The notes under the pieces are model-generated. The model saw only the letters and a program-made list of their open reading frames with translations, searched no databases and was not told the DNA's origin. A stretch of DNA of 64,000 bases from Candidatus Sumerlaeota bacterium (GTDB lineage Bacteria; Sumerlaeota; Sumerlaeia; Sumerlaeales; Sumerlaeaceae): assembly GCA_012513815.1 (NCBI GenBank), contig JAAZBM010000007.1, forward strand, positions 22,153 to 86,152. The letters run 5' to 3'. A program made the position numbers and the translations under genes. Of the stretch, positions 52,837 to 63,028 are shown piece after piece. The first letter of the stretch is position 1; each line of letters starts with the position of its first letter.

Positions 52837-55572
52837 CTATTCTCCCGTCGCAACGGGTTCTTTCTGAGGCAAATTCTCATCCGGATTCGTCGCGGACTTT
52901 TCTGATTCGGGAAGTGGACGAATCTCGAACTTGAGCGCCAACTCGCTCTCGGGATTTGTCTCCGCATCAATCGAAACGAGTGAGCCGGGAGGAACTTTGC
53001 CCTCAAGAATATACTGCGAGAGCGGGTCCTCGATGTGTTTCTGGATTGCCCGGCGCATGGGTCGCGCGCCAAACTCGGGAGCATATCCATCCACGCACAG
53101 ACGCTTGATAGCCTGCGGTGTCAGCTCAATCTTAATCTCGCGAGAGAGCAAGCGTTCGTTGACACGGCCAACCATGATGCCGACGATGGCCTCGATGTCG
53201 CTCATGCTCAGCGGACTGAAGATGAGTGTCTCGTCTAGTCTGTTCAAGAACTCCGGCGAGAAAGTCGTCTTGATGGCAGCCTTGACTTTTGTCTCGATGA
53301 ACGTCTTGTCGACGGCGGGACGTGAGTCGCTGAACCCGAGTGAGTTCTTCTGCAAGTCGCGTGTTCCCGCGTTCGATGTCATGATGATAATCGTGTTGCG
53401 GAAGTCAACGGTGTTTCCGGTGGCGTCGGTCAGGCGACCATCGTCGAGAACCTGCAACAACAAGTTAAAGACTTCCGGACATGCCTTCTCGATTTCGTCG
53501 AACAAGACAACCGAATAGGGGTGCGTGCGCACCTTCTCGGTCAACTGCCCGGGGCCATCGTGTCCGACATATCCCGGAGGAGCACCAATCAGGCGGGTCA
53601 GCGAAATCCGCTCGTTGTACTCGCTCATGTCGATGCGCACCATCGACTCGTCGGAACCAAACATGAATTCCGCCAATGCCTTGGCAAGTTCTGTCTTGCC
53701 GACACCGGTCGGGCCAAGGAACAGGAACGACGCCATCGGGCGGTTGGGGTCCTTGAGTCCCGCGCGCGAACGACGGATGGCACGGCCAAGCGCGTTCAAT
53801 GCGTCCTTCTGGCTGACCACACGTTGCGCAATTGTCTTCTCGAGCGCAAGCAGTCGGCGGCTCTCATCAGCGGCAACCTTCGTGACGGGAATATGCGTCC
53901 TCTTGCTGACAAGCTCGGCAATATCCTCGCCAGTAATCACGGAAGCCTTCTTCGTCGCTTCCCATTGCTCCATCTTTGAGCGCAAATCTTCCTCCATCTG
54001 CTCACGCTGCTTCTTCAGGTCGTTGCAGACTTCGTACTCTTCAAGCTTGCCGTGCTCGTCGATTTGATTATTGAACTCCTTGATTTGCTTTTGCAGCGCA
54101 TCAATCTCCGCCGGACGTACCGAGGACTTGAGCTTCGCGCTCGCTCCGGCCTCGTCCAACAAATCAATCGCTTTGTCGGGCAACTGCCGATCCGTGATGT
54201 AACGAGAACTCAGCTCGACGGCATTCACAATTGCCTCGTGCGAGTAACTGACATTGTGATGCTCCTCATAGTACTTCTTCAGCGCTTCCATTATCTCAAT
54301 CGCCATCGGCACAGACGGAGCTTCGACATCAATCGGCTGGAACCGCCGTGTGAAGGCCGTGTCTTTGCGCATAAACTTGCGGTACTCTTCCGCTGTTGTC
54401 GCGCCAATGCACCGCAGCTCGCCACGCGCCAGAGCCGGCTTAATAATCGACGACGCGTCGAGCGAACCTTCGGCGTGTCCTGTGCCGAGCATCGTGTGCA
54501 ATTCGTCGATGAACAAAATGATGTTCGGTTCGCGGCGCAGCTCTCGCAAAATTCCATCCAAACGCTCTTCAAACTCACCGCGGAACTTGGTGCCCGCGAC
54601 AAGCGCGCCCAAATCCAGAGAGTAAATCTTGCAATCACTCAGCAAATCGGGAACCTTGCCTTCGACGATGAAATTCGCCAGACCTTCGACGATGGCCGTC
54701 TTGCCAACACCGGCTTCGCCAAGCAAAACCGGATTGTTCTTACGGCGGCGACACAAAACCTGCATCATCCGCTGAATCTCGTCATCGCGACCAACAACCG
54801 GGTCGATTTTTCCATCGGCCGCCAGCTTCGTCAAATCACGGGAAAACTGCGACAACAGCTTCTTGTTGCGCCGAGCGCCCTCCATACGAGGCGGACGCCC
54901 CAAGCGACGTGCTCTTGGATCGCTCGCGTCTTCGTTCTCCCCTTGCTCCGAAGAATTGTCAGCATTCGAATTCTCGTTATCCGATTCCTCGTCGGAATCC
55001 TCGTTCTCATTCTCACCAACTTTGTGCAAATTCTCGCGAATCGCGTCGCGCAAAACATTATTCAGCACATCAAACGGATCCTGATTCTTCGGCTCGCTCG
55101 AGTCTTGCTGTGGCTTGGCCTTGAAACGATTCTTGCTACTGTCAACGACGGCTTCAATCCTGTCGTAATCAATCTTATACTCGGCCAGTATCTCATTCAG
55201 GCCCGTATTGGGTTCCTTAATCATCGCCAGAAGCAGATGTTCCGTGCCGATGTGGTTCTCATTGCGGTCCAAGCAAAGCTGGCGCGCAGATTCCATAATG
55301 CGGCGTGATTCCTCGCTCGGAATATAGAGCGAATTCTTCTCGAGACTCGAGCTTTTCTCACGCGCAAGGTCAATCAAACTTTTCAGCAGGGCTTGAACAT
55401 CAACTTCACAAGCCTTTAGTGCCGAAAGCGCAAGGCCATTCCCTCTGCGCAACATCGCAATCAAATAGTGCTCAGGATTAATAAAGTCCGACCCAAATTC
55501 AGACGCCGCAACCTTGGCACCGTACAAAACGTATCTGTACCCGGGAGTGGGATTGGGTTGTTTTTGTGGCAT
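52837..55572 (-). CDS. clpC: ClpA/ClpC-type AAA+ chaperone-ATPase (two AAA modules, Clp_N domain, long acidic linker)
   Basis: The two Walker A motifs are GEAGVGKTA and GPTGVGKTE. The Clp_N repeat shows [11 protein letters not shown] short coiled-coil lies between the AAA modules and an LGF loop is present. AGGAGG sits 9 nt before the ATG. The ClpC-versus-ClpA assignment is not certain. Confidence 0.88.
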   Translation of the reverse strand: MPQKQPNPTPGYRYVLYGAKVAASEFGSDFINPEHYLIAMLRRGNGLALSALKACEVDVQALLKSLIDLAREKSSSLEKNSLYIPSEESRRIMESARQLCLDRNENHIGTEHLLLAMIKEPNTGLNEILAEYKIDYDRIEAVVDSSKNRFKAKPQQDSSEPKNQDPFDVLNNVLRDAIRENLHKVGENENEDSDEESDNENSNADNSSEQGENEDASDPRARRLGRPPRMEGARRNKKLLSQFSRDLTKLAADGKIDPVVGRDDEIQRMMQVLCRRRKNNPVLLGEAGVGKTAIVEGLANFIVEGKVPDLLSDCKIYSLDLGALVAGTKFRGEFEERLDGILRELRREPNIILFIDELHTMLGTGHAEGSLDASSIIKPALARGELRCIGATTAEEYRKFMRKDTAFTRRFQPIDVEAPSVPMAIEIMEALKKYYEEHHNVSYSHEAIVNAVELSSRYITDRQLPDKAIDLLDEAGASAKLKSSVRPAEIDALQKQIKEFNNQIDEHGKLEEYEVCNDLKKQREQMEEDLRSKMEQWEATKKASVITGEDIAELVSKRTHIPVTKVAADESRRLLALEKTIAQRVVSQKDALNALGRAIRRSRAGLKDPNRPMASFLFLGPTGVGKTELAKALAEFMFGSDESMVRIDMSEYNERISLTRLIGAPPGYVGHDGPGQLTEKVRTHPYSVVLFDEIEKACPEVFNLLLQVLDDGRLTDATGNTVDFRNTIIIMTSNAGTRDLQKNSLGFSDSRPAVDKTFIETKVKAAIKTTFSPEFLNRLDETLIFSPLSMSDIEAIVGIMVGRVNERLLSREIKIELTPQAIKRLCVDGYAPEFGARPMRRAIQKHIEDPLSQYILEGKVPPGSLVSIDAETNPESELALKFEIRPLPESEKSATNPDENLPQKEPVATGE

Positions 55573-55770
55573 AGTCTGATACCTCCTATAGTATCACATA
55601 CATTCACATTTGTTATTTCTTTTCAACGTTAACTCGTTATATAGCGGACATTATTGGGGATAATATTACGTATATCAATAAATTAATCAGTCTCATAGTA
55701 CTTCTTGGCGCCCTCCGTTTTCAATTGTACAACTAAATAGCATCATTTATCAACAACAATCTTTTGAATT

Positions 55771-57114
55771 GTGTATTTATTTGCGGGAATTAGATTTTTG
55801 AACAAGCCTAACCACATCCAGAGTTTTGAAGAGTCTACGGCCACTTATTCCAGAGGCACAGAAGGGATAGGGGTCGTTGAACTGCATTCTGTTGACTTGT
55901 TGCCGCAAGGGCTCAAACTCGAGAGTGGCAAGACGCTGGCCGGGCCGATAACGGTTGCCTATGAGATTTATGGGACGCTCACGCCGGAGAAGGACAACGC
56001 GATTTTGATTTGCCACGCGCTTTCGGGGGACGCTCACGCCGCCGGATGGCACGAGGGCGACCGCAAACCGGGCTGGTGGGATGGGATGATTGGCCCCGGA
56101 CGAGCCTTTGATACGGACAAATATTTCGTCATCTGTAGCAATTTGCTTGGGTCATGTTATGGGACAACCGGGCCGCAAAGCATCAACCCGCAAACGGGGA
56201 AGGCCTATGGCTGTGACTTCCCTATTATTACTATTGACGATATGGTCAACGTGGAAGTCGAGCTGATTAGGCATCTTGGTATCACCAAACTTCTTGCCGT
56301 CGCCGGTGGTTCGATGGGCGGGATGCAGGCATTGCAATGGGCGGTTCATTATCCACAACTCATCGAGTCGGTAATCTGTGTGGCATCTACATACCGACAT
56401 TCGCCGCAGCAAATCGCCTTTAATTTTGTGGCACGAGAAGCCATCGAGTCTGACCCGAAGTGGCAGGCCGGGCACTATTACGAGACAGAAAACACCCCGG
56501 ACCATGGTCTGGCTGTGGCACGCATGGTCGGACACATCACTTATCTGAGTGAGAAATCCATGGAGGCAAAGTTTTCGCGGGCGCTTGGACCCAAGGGAGC
56601 CACAACGGACAAGGGTCTGCAGTATCAGATTGATGATGATTTTTCGGTCGAGAAGTATCTGGAGTATCAGGGCGGAGCCTTTGTGGAGCGCTTTGACGCG
56701 AACTCCATGCTGTACATCACGAAGGCTCTTGACTATTTTGATTTGTCGGGGCATCATGGTGGATGGATGCGTGCCGCTCTCGTTGGCGAAGAAGTCGAAC
56801 ATCAAGCACTGAACGAGACATTTGCCAAGTCGGAGATTCCGTCGTTGCATTTTCTGTTGATGAGTTTCACGAGCGACTGGCTGTATCCGCCTGCGCACTT
56901 GCAACGCGTCGCGAGTGGACTGCGTGGATACGGCATGGACGTCAGTTACTTCAACTTCGATTGCCCGGGCGGCCACGATTCGTTCCTCCTGTCGGACGGC
57001 ATCGAACGGCAAACGCGAGTCGTTATTCCCTTCCTGAAAACGCAGCTTGAGCGGGTACGCGGCATCGGCATCACGCAGAAAATCAAATCGCAACCGGCGC
57101 CCGCAGGTTTTTAG
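55771..57114 (+). CDS. metX: Homoserine O-acetyltransferase
   Basis: LESGKTL..ITVAYEIYGTL, NAILICHALSGDAHAAGW, PGWWDGMIGPG and the nucleophile elbow GGSMGGMQALQW are present. The start is uncertain. There is no ATG before the conserved core, so the candidates are GTG 55771 and TTG 55798. Confidence 0.88.
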   Translation: MYLFAGIRFLNKPNHIQSFEESTATYSRGTEGIGVVELHSVDLLPQGLKLESGKTLAGPITVAYEIYGTLTPEKDNAILICHALSGDAHAAGWHEGDRKPGWWDGMIGPGRAFDTDKYFVICSNLLGSCYGTTGPQSINPQTGKAYGCDFPIITIDDMVNVEVELIRHLGITKLLAVAGGSMGGMQALQWAVHYPQLIESVICVASTYRHSPQQIAFNFVAREAIESDPKWQAGHYYETENTPDHGLAVARMVGHITYLSEKSMEAKFSRALGPKGATTDKGLQYQIDDDFSVEKYLEYQGGAFVERFDANSMLYITKALDYFDLSGHHGGWMRAALVGEEVEHQALNETFAKSEIPSLHFLLMSFTSDWLYPPAHLQRVASGLRGYGMDVSYFNFDCPGGHDSFLLSDGIERQTRVVIPFLKTQLERVRGIGITQKIKSQPAPAGF

Positions 57115-57122
57115 CCTGTCGC

Positions 57123-58133
57123 CTACCGCTTGTAGTATTCCGCCACTGCATCAAAGAAGGCGTTGATGTTGGTCATCGGCGCATCGGGTGGAATGTCGCA
57201 TCCGGACGAGATAACGAAGTTTTTGTGTCCCCCGCACTCGCACAGGACACGCAAAGTATCCGTGCGGATTGTCTCGGGAGTGCCATTACGGAAAAGCCCG
57301 CTGGCGTCAACGTTCCCCATCACAAGGGCGTCCTCCGGCATGAGCGGCAGCATCTCCGACATTTGAACAGCATTGCCGAAATGATAGCCGTCGGCGCCAA
57401 GTGTCGCAATGGACTCCGCTTGCCGCTTTATCGCGTTGCCGCAATTATGATAAATGAACGCGAATTCGTCTGTTCGCGTCGCGCCGATTATCCGGCGAAT
57501 GGCCGTGGCGGAAAACTCCTCGGCCATGTCGGGAGACAAAACACCCGCCAGTGGTTCGGCCATCAGAACGCCGTTTGCGCCTGTCGCGCGAAATGCCTGA
57601 ATGTAGTCGGTGAGAAAGGTTGTGCATTTTTCCAATAAAGACTGAAGCAGTTCGGGGTCGTCATAGCAACTCATCATCGCCTCGCTCACGCCCATCAAAC
57701 GCCCGACTAGCGTAAACGGACCAACCACACCGGCAAATACAGGTCTATCTTGGATGAGTGTGACAGCATTGGCAACGGCCGCGAGCGCAAGACCGGTGCG
57801 ACCGGCGCCCACCTTGGGAACAGACAGGGATTCTATCGATGATTCATCGGTGAGGAATTCACCGATAATGGTCGGCACCTCATTGTCAAACTGGCGCACC
57901 TGAGCGCCAAAAGCCTCGGCCTCGAGAGACAAATCCATCAGACTGACGGAGGCAGCCGTGTCGAATCGCTCGGCGAGCAGTGCCATCGCCTTGGCCTGAC
58001 TGTCGCTGTTCGATATCATTTTCCGAACGCTGATACCCATCAGTTGTATCGCCGGATACGACAGAATCGGCAGGGCTTTTTTACAGGGATTGGCAATGGT
58101 ATCCGCCACCCATGTTTTCATATTCATACTCAT
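57123..58133 (-). CDS. Uroporphyrinogen decarboxylase (URO-D) family protein, MtaA/CmuA-like methyltransferase type
   Basis: The N-terminus is MSMNMKTWVADTIANPCKKALPILSYPAIQLMG. Also present are DLSLEAEAFGAQV, ADPLAG-like MAEPLAGVLSP, and YHNCGN. GGAG precedes ATG 58133. Confidence 0.75.
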   Translation of the reverse strand: MSMNMKTWVADTIANPCKKALPILSYPAIQLMGISVRKMISNSDSQAKAMALLAERFDTAASVSLMDLSLEAEAFGAQVRQFDNEVPTIIGEFLTDESSIESLSVPKVGAGRTGLALAAVANAVTLIQDRPVFAGVVGPFTLVGRLMGVSEAMMSCYDDPELLQSLLEKCTTFLTDYIQAFRATGANGVLMAEPLAGVLSPDMAEEFSATAIRRIIGATRTDEFAFIYHNCGNAIKRQAESIATLGADGYHFGNAVQMSEMLPLMPEDALVMGNVDASGLFRNGTPETIRTDTLRVLCECGGHKNFVISSGCDIPPDAPMTNINAFFDAVAEYYKR

Positions 58134-58223
58134 CGTCAAATTCTCCTGTTTGAGAAATACAATCGCGGCGACAATGATTGTGTAAACCATTGCCGCCGTG
58201 ATTTTGCGTTTTTGTATTGCAAG

Positions 58224-59702
58224 TTATTTGTCTGCGCGGTCGGAGAGAACAACATTCACCTGTGTGACGTTGCCCGCCTTGACCACGATATCTTTTTTCT
58301 CTGCGGTTTTCTTGCCTTTCTTCGTAAAGGTCAGATGATGTTCCGAGCCAACGGGAACATTCAGAATCGCAAAGAAGCCATCGCCTGCGCTCAGATGGTT
58401 GTACGGAGCAGTGCCCGCCGCGTTTTTCAGGGGGTCATTCTCCAGCACAATCCGTGTATCCGTGATGGGTTTGCCGTCGCCGCTCTTGACATATCCTGTG
58501 ATAATGCCCTTAGTCGGGTTGGTCTTCCATGGCATCTCAGGAATCGGCGCCTTCTCGGCAAACTGATGTTCCTTGAATGCGTCCCAATGCTTTTTCATTC
58601 CACGGAACGAGAAAACACACCAGCCCGCGGCATGTTGTTTGCGTGTCTCTTCTTCTTGAGCAATCAAGTCTGCCGACGCGCAACGACTCACAGTGCTGCC
58701 AGCCACGACGAACCGCTCGCCGCCACTGTGCGAGAGCCAGTCCGCAAGCAACTTCTCAAATGGATGCGAGCTGCCTACTTTCCAGTAAATCTGTGGAACC
58801 ATAAAGTCAACGACACCATCTTGCAGCCAGCGGAAACCGTCTTGGAACCACTGGTGGGTCGCCTGTGTTCCCGACCCCTGATACTGGGTTGTCTCGTCCT
58901 TGTACATAATACCAAAGGGCGCCGCGCTAATCTTGACCGATGGACGCACCATCGCGGCCTGACCATAAATCCGACGCAAGTCATCCGTTATCTGACGGCA
59001 CATGAACTCGGACCACTGGAGCTTGTCCGGGTTGCCTTCGCCCTCGAATCGCGCTTGAGAAACGGGGTCATGGGAGAACTCCGGCCCCGGGCAGCGGATG
59101 CGGTCGAAGTGAATGCCATCGACAGGATATTTGCCGATGAAGTGCATGATGCACTTGCGTGTCCATGCGCTTGCGTCGGGATGTCCTGGGCTCATCCAGA
59201 CATAGCCGTCAGTTTTAGTGACAGGTTTGCCATCCTTACCGTGAATTACCCAGCTGTCCGCGCCTTTGGCGTCAACACCATGCAGAAACTGTACATGCTT
59301 CGGCAAAACGTCATCCGGCGGCACAGACCTCGCACCAGTCATCACATGGGTATTGATATAGGCGTGGAATTCCAGACCTTTCTCATGCGCCTTCTTCAGT
59401 GCGTAGGCCGTCGGATCCCAACCTGGATCCTTCCAGCCATAATCCGCCGTCCATGGCTCGTAGGGCGAGGGATAGTGGACATCACACTGGCCACGCACCT
59501 GAAACAACACAGTGTTAAAGTTGTTTTTGGCAATCGTGTCCATGATGTTATCAATGTTTGCCGTCGCCGATGTCTGATTGGCACTTGGCCACTCAAATCG
59601 ACTGACCCACACGGCACGATACTCCGGTGATGCGGCCGCGGCAGCGTCCATGGCAACAAGACCACAGCTCAAAGCGAGACCGTACTGCAATATTTTGTTC
59701 AT
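58224..59702 (-). CDS. GHL10 (DUF187-like) paralog, short form (TIM barrel plus CarboxypepD_reg-like domain, no CBM-like tail)
   Basis: YRAVWVSRFEWP, NFNTVLFQVRGQCDVHYPSPYEPW and GLEFHAYINTHVM define the core. The protein ends in ..VNVVLSDRADK. The N-terminus LALSCG resembles a lipobox. Confidence 0.8.
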   Translation of the reverse strand: MNKILQYGLALSCGLVAMDAAAAASPEYRAVWVSRFEWPSANQTSATANIDNIMDTIAKNNFNTVLFQVRGQCDVHYPSPYEPWTADYGWKDPGWDPTAYALKKAHEKGLEFHAYINTHVMTGARSVPPDDVLPKHVQFLHGVDAKGADSWVIHGKDGKPVTKTDGYVWMSPGHPDASAWTRKCIMHFIGKYPVDGIHFDRIRCPGPEFSHDPVSQARFEGEGNPDKLQWSEFMCRQITDDLRRIYGQAAMVRPSVKISAAPFGIMYKDETTQYQGSGTQATHQWFQDGFRWLQDGVVDFMVPQIYWKVGSSHPFEKLLADWLSHSGGERFVVAGSTVSRCASADLIAQEEETRKQHAAGWCVFSFRGMKKHWDAFKEHQFAEKAPIPEMPWKTNPTKGIITGYVKSGDGKPITDTRIVLENDPLKNAAGTAPYNHLSAGDGFFAILNVPVGSEHHLTFTKKGKKTAEKKDIVVKAGNVTQVNVVLSDRADK

Positions 59703-59734
59703 AAATAATTCCCTTTCAAAAGAATTGTTATCAT

Positions 59735-61768
59735 CTACTCAAGTGAAAAATCTGACATGCTTACGGGAACCGAGCCAACAGCTTCGAACTTAACAGCCGA
59801 CAACGTAAAGCGGTCGTTTTGTCCCACCGCGCTGTCATTGCGTGTGAAGGTCAGTGTTGTGTTGGTTCCGGCCGGCAAACGGACCTCGCTTGTGACCGTG
59901 CCCCATTTGTTAACAAAAGGAGCTGATTCCGGTGTACCCACAAATGCCACAGTACCCGATGCTAAAACAGTTTCGGTCGCTTGGGCTTGCGCGAGGCCAT
60001 TGGTCGACGGTGTCGTCACGCTCAAAGTCCAGTTTGTGTTCGGACAATCAATTGCCGTACCATATGGGATTGTGGCATAAACATTGTAGATTCCCTCGGC
60101 AGCTAGTATTGGCTTGAAGCTCACGGACGCATGCGCATTATCTATCGTTGCGTTGGAACAATAGCGACTACTGATCGGTGCTCCCTCCGCTGTGCTTGCC
60201 GCAGTTGTGTTGCCCCAATTGCCAAGAATTTCCGTGTATATTCCCGCCGTCGCATCTGTGTCGCGCGTGCCAATCACACGGGTGACAGGCGTCGCATTGG
60301 AGAACTGCGCGTTGACTTGCGTCACATGTCCGGCACTCACCGCAACAGCCGTCTTGATGATGTTCATCTTGCCAGTCTTGCTAAAAGTCAATTTGTGTGT
60401 TGCTCCCACAGGAACATTCAGAATCGCGAAGAATCCGTCCGCGCCTGTCAGATGATTATAGGACGCTGTCCCGGCTGCGTTCTTGAGTGGGTCATTTTCC
60501 AAAACGACACGGGCATCGGTCAACGGTTTGCCATCCGCATCCGTCACAAAACCGGTGATAATGCCTTTGGTTGGCGCCGATTTCCACGGCATGGTTGGAA
60601 GCGCCACTTTGTTCACAAAACGGTTTGTCTTGAGCGAATCCCAATAGTTGGTCATCGATTGATAGGAGAAACAGCACCATCCGGCGGCGCTCTGCGTGCG
60701 GGTTTCCTGCTGCTCGGCAAGCAGTTGTTCGACTGTACGACTCCCACTATTTGTCGTGCTTCCGCCGACGACAAAGCGTTCGCCACCACTGTGCGAGAGC
60801 CAATCAGCCAACAGTTTCTCGTAGGGATGCGAGCTGCCAACCGTCCAGTAAATCTGCGGAACCATAAAGTCGACAACGCCTTCTTGCAGCCAGCGGAAAC
60901 CGTCCTGATACCACACTTTTTGCGCTTGTGTTCCGGTCCCCTGATACTGTGTGGTGGAGTCCTTGTACATAATACCAAAGGGCGCAGCGCTTATCTTGGT
61001 GGCAGGACGAATCATCGCAGCCTGACCATAGATACGGCGCAGATCATCCGTGATTTGTCGACGCATGAAGTCGTCCCAACCAACATTATCCGGATTGCCT
61101 TCGCCCTCGAAACGCGCCTGCGTCACAGGGTCGTGCGAGTAGGTGTTGCCCGGTGTACGAATACGGTCAAAATGCAAACCATCGACGGCGTAGTTTTGCA
61201 GCAGATACATGATTTGCTGACGAGTCCACAGGCTCGCCTCGGGGTGTCCGGGGCTCATCCATGCGTAACCGTCCGCATCCGAGACAGGGGCGCCGTTCTC
61301 GTCGTGAATCAGCCAGTTGTCATTGCCGGTCGCCGTGGGTCCATGCAAATTATAGATATGCTCCGGCGAAGTGGATTTGCCCGGACCTGTTCCGCTACAC
61401 ATCACGTGTGTGTTGATGTAGGCGTGGAACTCAAGCCCCTTTTCGTGTGCCTTATCCAGCGCATATTGAAGCGGATTCCAGCCCGGACTCGCGTAGCCAT
61501 ATGTGGAAGGCCATGGTTCATTGGGCGATGGATAATAGGTTTCGCATTGACCACGCACCTGAAAAAAGACGGTATTGAAATTGTTATTAGCAAGAGTCGA
61601 CATGATTTCGTCGATTTTGCTCTTGGATGTTGTCTGGTTGCTCACAGCCCAACCGTCAAAGCGGCTGACCCACATCGAGCGAACTTCCTCACCCGTGGCA
61701 CTTGTGGAGTCAGCAAAAAGCCCGACACATAGTGCAAGCAAACTCAAAGACAAAAAAGGTTTCGTCAT
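59735..61768 (-). CDS. GHL10 (DUF187-like) paralog with CarboxypepD_reg-like and CBM-like C-terminal domains
   Basis: VRSMWVSRFDGW, NFNTVFFQVRGQCETYYPSPNEPW and GLEFHAYINTHVM define the core. The C-terminus reads ..RFTLSAVKFEAVGSVPVSMSDFSLE. A signal peptide is present. Confidence 0.8.
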   Translation of the reverse strand: MTKPFLSLSLLALCVGLFADSTSATGEEVRSMWVSRFDGWAVSNQTTSKSKIDEIMSTLANNNFNTVFFQVRGQCETYYPSPNEPWPSTYGYASPGWNPLQYALDKAHEKGLEFHAYINTHVMCSGTGPGKSTSPEHIYNLHGPTATGNDNWLIHDENGAPVSDADGYAWMSPGHPEASLWTRQQIMYLLQNYAVDGLHFDRIRTPGNTYSHDPVTQARFEGEGNPDNVGWDDFMRRQITDDLRRIYGQAAMIRPATKISAAPFGIMYKDSTTQYQGTGTQAQKVWYQDGFRWLQEGVVDFMVPQIYWTVGSSHPYEKLLADWLSHSGGERFVVGGSTTNSGSRTVEQLLAEQQETRTQSAAGWCCFSYQSMTNYWDSLKTNRFVNKVALPTMPWKSAPTKGIITGFVTDADGKPLTDARVVLENDPLKNAAGTASYNHLTGADGFFAILNVPVGATHKLTFSKTGKMNIIKTAVAVSAGHVTQVNAQFSNATPVTRVIGTRDTDATAGIYTEILGNWGNTTAASTAEGAPISSRYCSNATIDNAHASVSFKPILAAEGIYNVYATIPYGTAIDCPNTNWTLSVTTPSTNGLAQAQATETVLASGTVAFVGTPESAPFVNKWGTVTSEVRLPAGTNTTLTFTRNDSAVGQNDRFTLSAVKFEAVGSVPVSMSDFSLE
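60765..60904 (-). repeat. 140-bp near-identical tract shared with 43503-43642 (GHL10 paralogs)
   Basis: This is the partner of the 43503-43642 tract. The three mismatches fall at C/T, G/A and A/G positions. Confidence 0.85.
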
Positions 61769-61806
61769 TTGTTGCTTTCCTGATAATTTTTGTAATTTAT
61801 GTATCC

Positions 61807-61835
61807 ATTAAACCATAAATTGCACAGGATTGCAA
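61807..61835 (-). promoter_or_regulatory. Candidate sigma70-type promoter for the GHL10 gene pair
   Basis: On the minus strand TTGCAA (61830-61835) is followed after 17 nt by TTTAAT (61807-61812). It lies about 40 nt upstream of ATG 61768. The call is pattern only. Confidence 0.3.
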
Positions 61836-61878
61836 GAGTTATTTTTCTGTCCGTCGCGCTCTTTTGGGGAAAGGCAGA

Positions 61879-63024
61879 TTACTTATTCAGCAACGACTGA
61901 TAAACGTTCAGGTTGCCTGCTGTCATCGAATCCACCGTAAAATCGTGGTCGAAAATGTGTTTGGATTCGTCAATCATGCGCTGTCTTTCTTCGGGTTGCG
62001 TCAGCATTCGTATGATGCACTCCGCCATACTATCCGGGTCAGCCGGTTTAGACAGCAAGCCGTTTTTCTCGTGTTGGATGATTTCCGGAATGCCATCAAT
62101 CCCCGTCGCGACAACAGGCAGACCAGACGCAATAGCTTCGATGATGGAACCGGCAATCCCCTCGCTCATCGTCGAAAGCACAAACAAGTCACCCTGCGCG
62201 AGCAAGCAAGGAATGTCCGAGACAAAACCTGCGAAATAGACGAGGCCGCCCAATCCGAGGTCATCGCGCAATTTCTCCCACTCGCCGCGCATATTACCCT
62301 CACCGGCGTTGATGAACTTGAAGTCCAAATCAGGCATACGGCGGCGCACAATCGCAAGAGCATAGAGCAACGTGGGAATGTCTTTGAGCAATGACAGCGC
62401 GCAAGAACTGACAATCACCTTGGTGTTGAGACTGACGCCTGCATCCTGTAAAATCTTTGCCACCTCGGGCGATGGTTTGCCGTGGACATTATTAAAGCGG
62501 CTCAAGTCGGTGCCGCTGTGGACGACATGGACTTGTTGCGCGGGGACACCGTAGCGAACAAGCGATTGCTTGACAGCCTCGGAAACGGCCACATAGCTGA
62601 GTGAGGGCGACAGATATTTGCGATGGCTGAACCACCCTGTTTTGAGCGGGAAGTTCACTCGGCGACTGACAACAACGGGAATGTCGCGACCAAGAAACAG
62701 CTTGGCGATGCGATTTGTCAGTAGCGCAATCGAATGCGCATGCCCCGTGTGCGCGTGGAATATGTCAGGATTAAAGGAACGAATATGCTTGAGCAAGCAA
62801 AGCGCCGAAATGAAATCCAACTCTCCGCGCATATTGACAATCATGACCATCTTTTTCTCGCCGAAGTACTCGTGCAACGCGGAATTGCGCCGGCATACAA
62901 TCATGGACTGGTGCCCCAGTGACGCCAGATGCTCGACTAAACCGCAAACCTGTTGTTCGCCTCCGCGCCACCCCATCTCCGTATCAAAATGCATGATACG
63001 CAGTGAGCGTTTATCTTCCGACAT
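61879..63024 (-). CDS. Glycosyltransferase family 4 (GT-B, LPS/cell-envelope type)
   Basis: The N-terminus reads LRIMHFDTEMGWRGGEQQV. The C-terminal E-x7-E region is LSTMSEGIAGSIIEAIASGLPVVAT. ATG 63024 (MSEDKRS) lies 5 nt after the GT9 stop. Confidence 0.85.
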   Translation of the reverse strand: MSEDKRSLRIMHFDTEMGWRGGEQQVCGLVEHLASLGHQSMIVCRRNSALHEYFGEKKMVMIVNMRGELDFISALCLLKHIRSFNPDIFHAHTGHAHSIALLTNRIAKLFLGRDIPVVVSRRVNFPLKTGWFSHRKYLSPSLSYVAVSEAVKQSLVRYGVPAQQVHVVHSGTDLSRFNNVHGKPSPEVAKILQDAGVSLNTKVIVSSCALSLLKDIPTLLYALAIVRRRMPDLDFKFINAGEGNMRGEWEKLRDDLGLGGLVYFAGFVSDIPCLLAQGDLFVLSTMSEGIAGSIIEAIASGLPVVATGIDGIPEIIQHEKNGLLSKPADPDSMAECIIRMLTQPEERQRMIDESKHIFDHDFTVDSMTAGNLNVYQSLLNK

Positions 63025-63028
63025 TGCC

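Noticed and set aside
54052-55308. A 418-aa + strand ORF opposite clpC. The ORFs at 13401..14366 (-), 56152..57093 (-) and 62618..63619 (+) are the same kind of case.
   Set aside because: These are shadow ORFs opposite genes with clear Walker, MetX, PCP or GT4 signatures. No independent evidence supports them.
55573-55770. A SAM riboswitch or T-box upstream of metX
   Set aside because: I could not recognise SAM-I, SAM-II or T-box core motifs by eye, so no feature is called.
58044-59630. A 528-aa + strand ORF, with similar ones at 60131..61732 and 43004..44014, opposite the GHL10 genes
   Set aside because: The GHL10 motifs, signal peptides and RBSs are all on the minus strand. The + ORFs have no recognisable domains and are mutually similar only because the real genes are paralogs.
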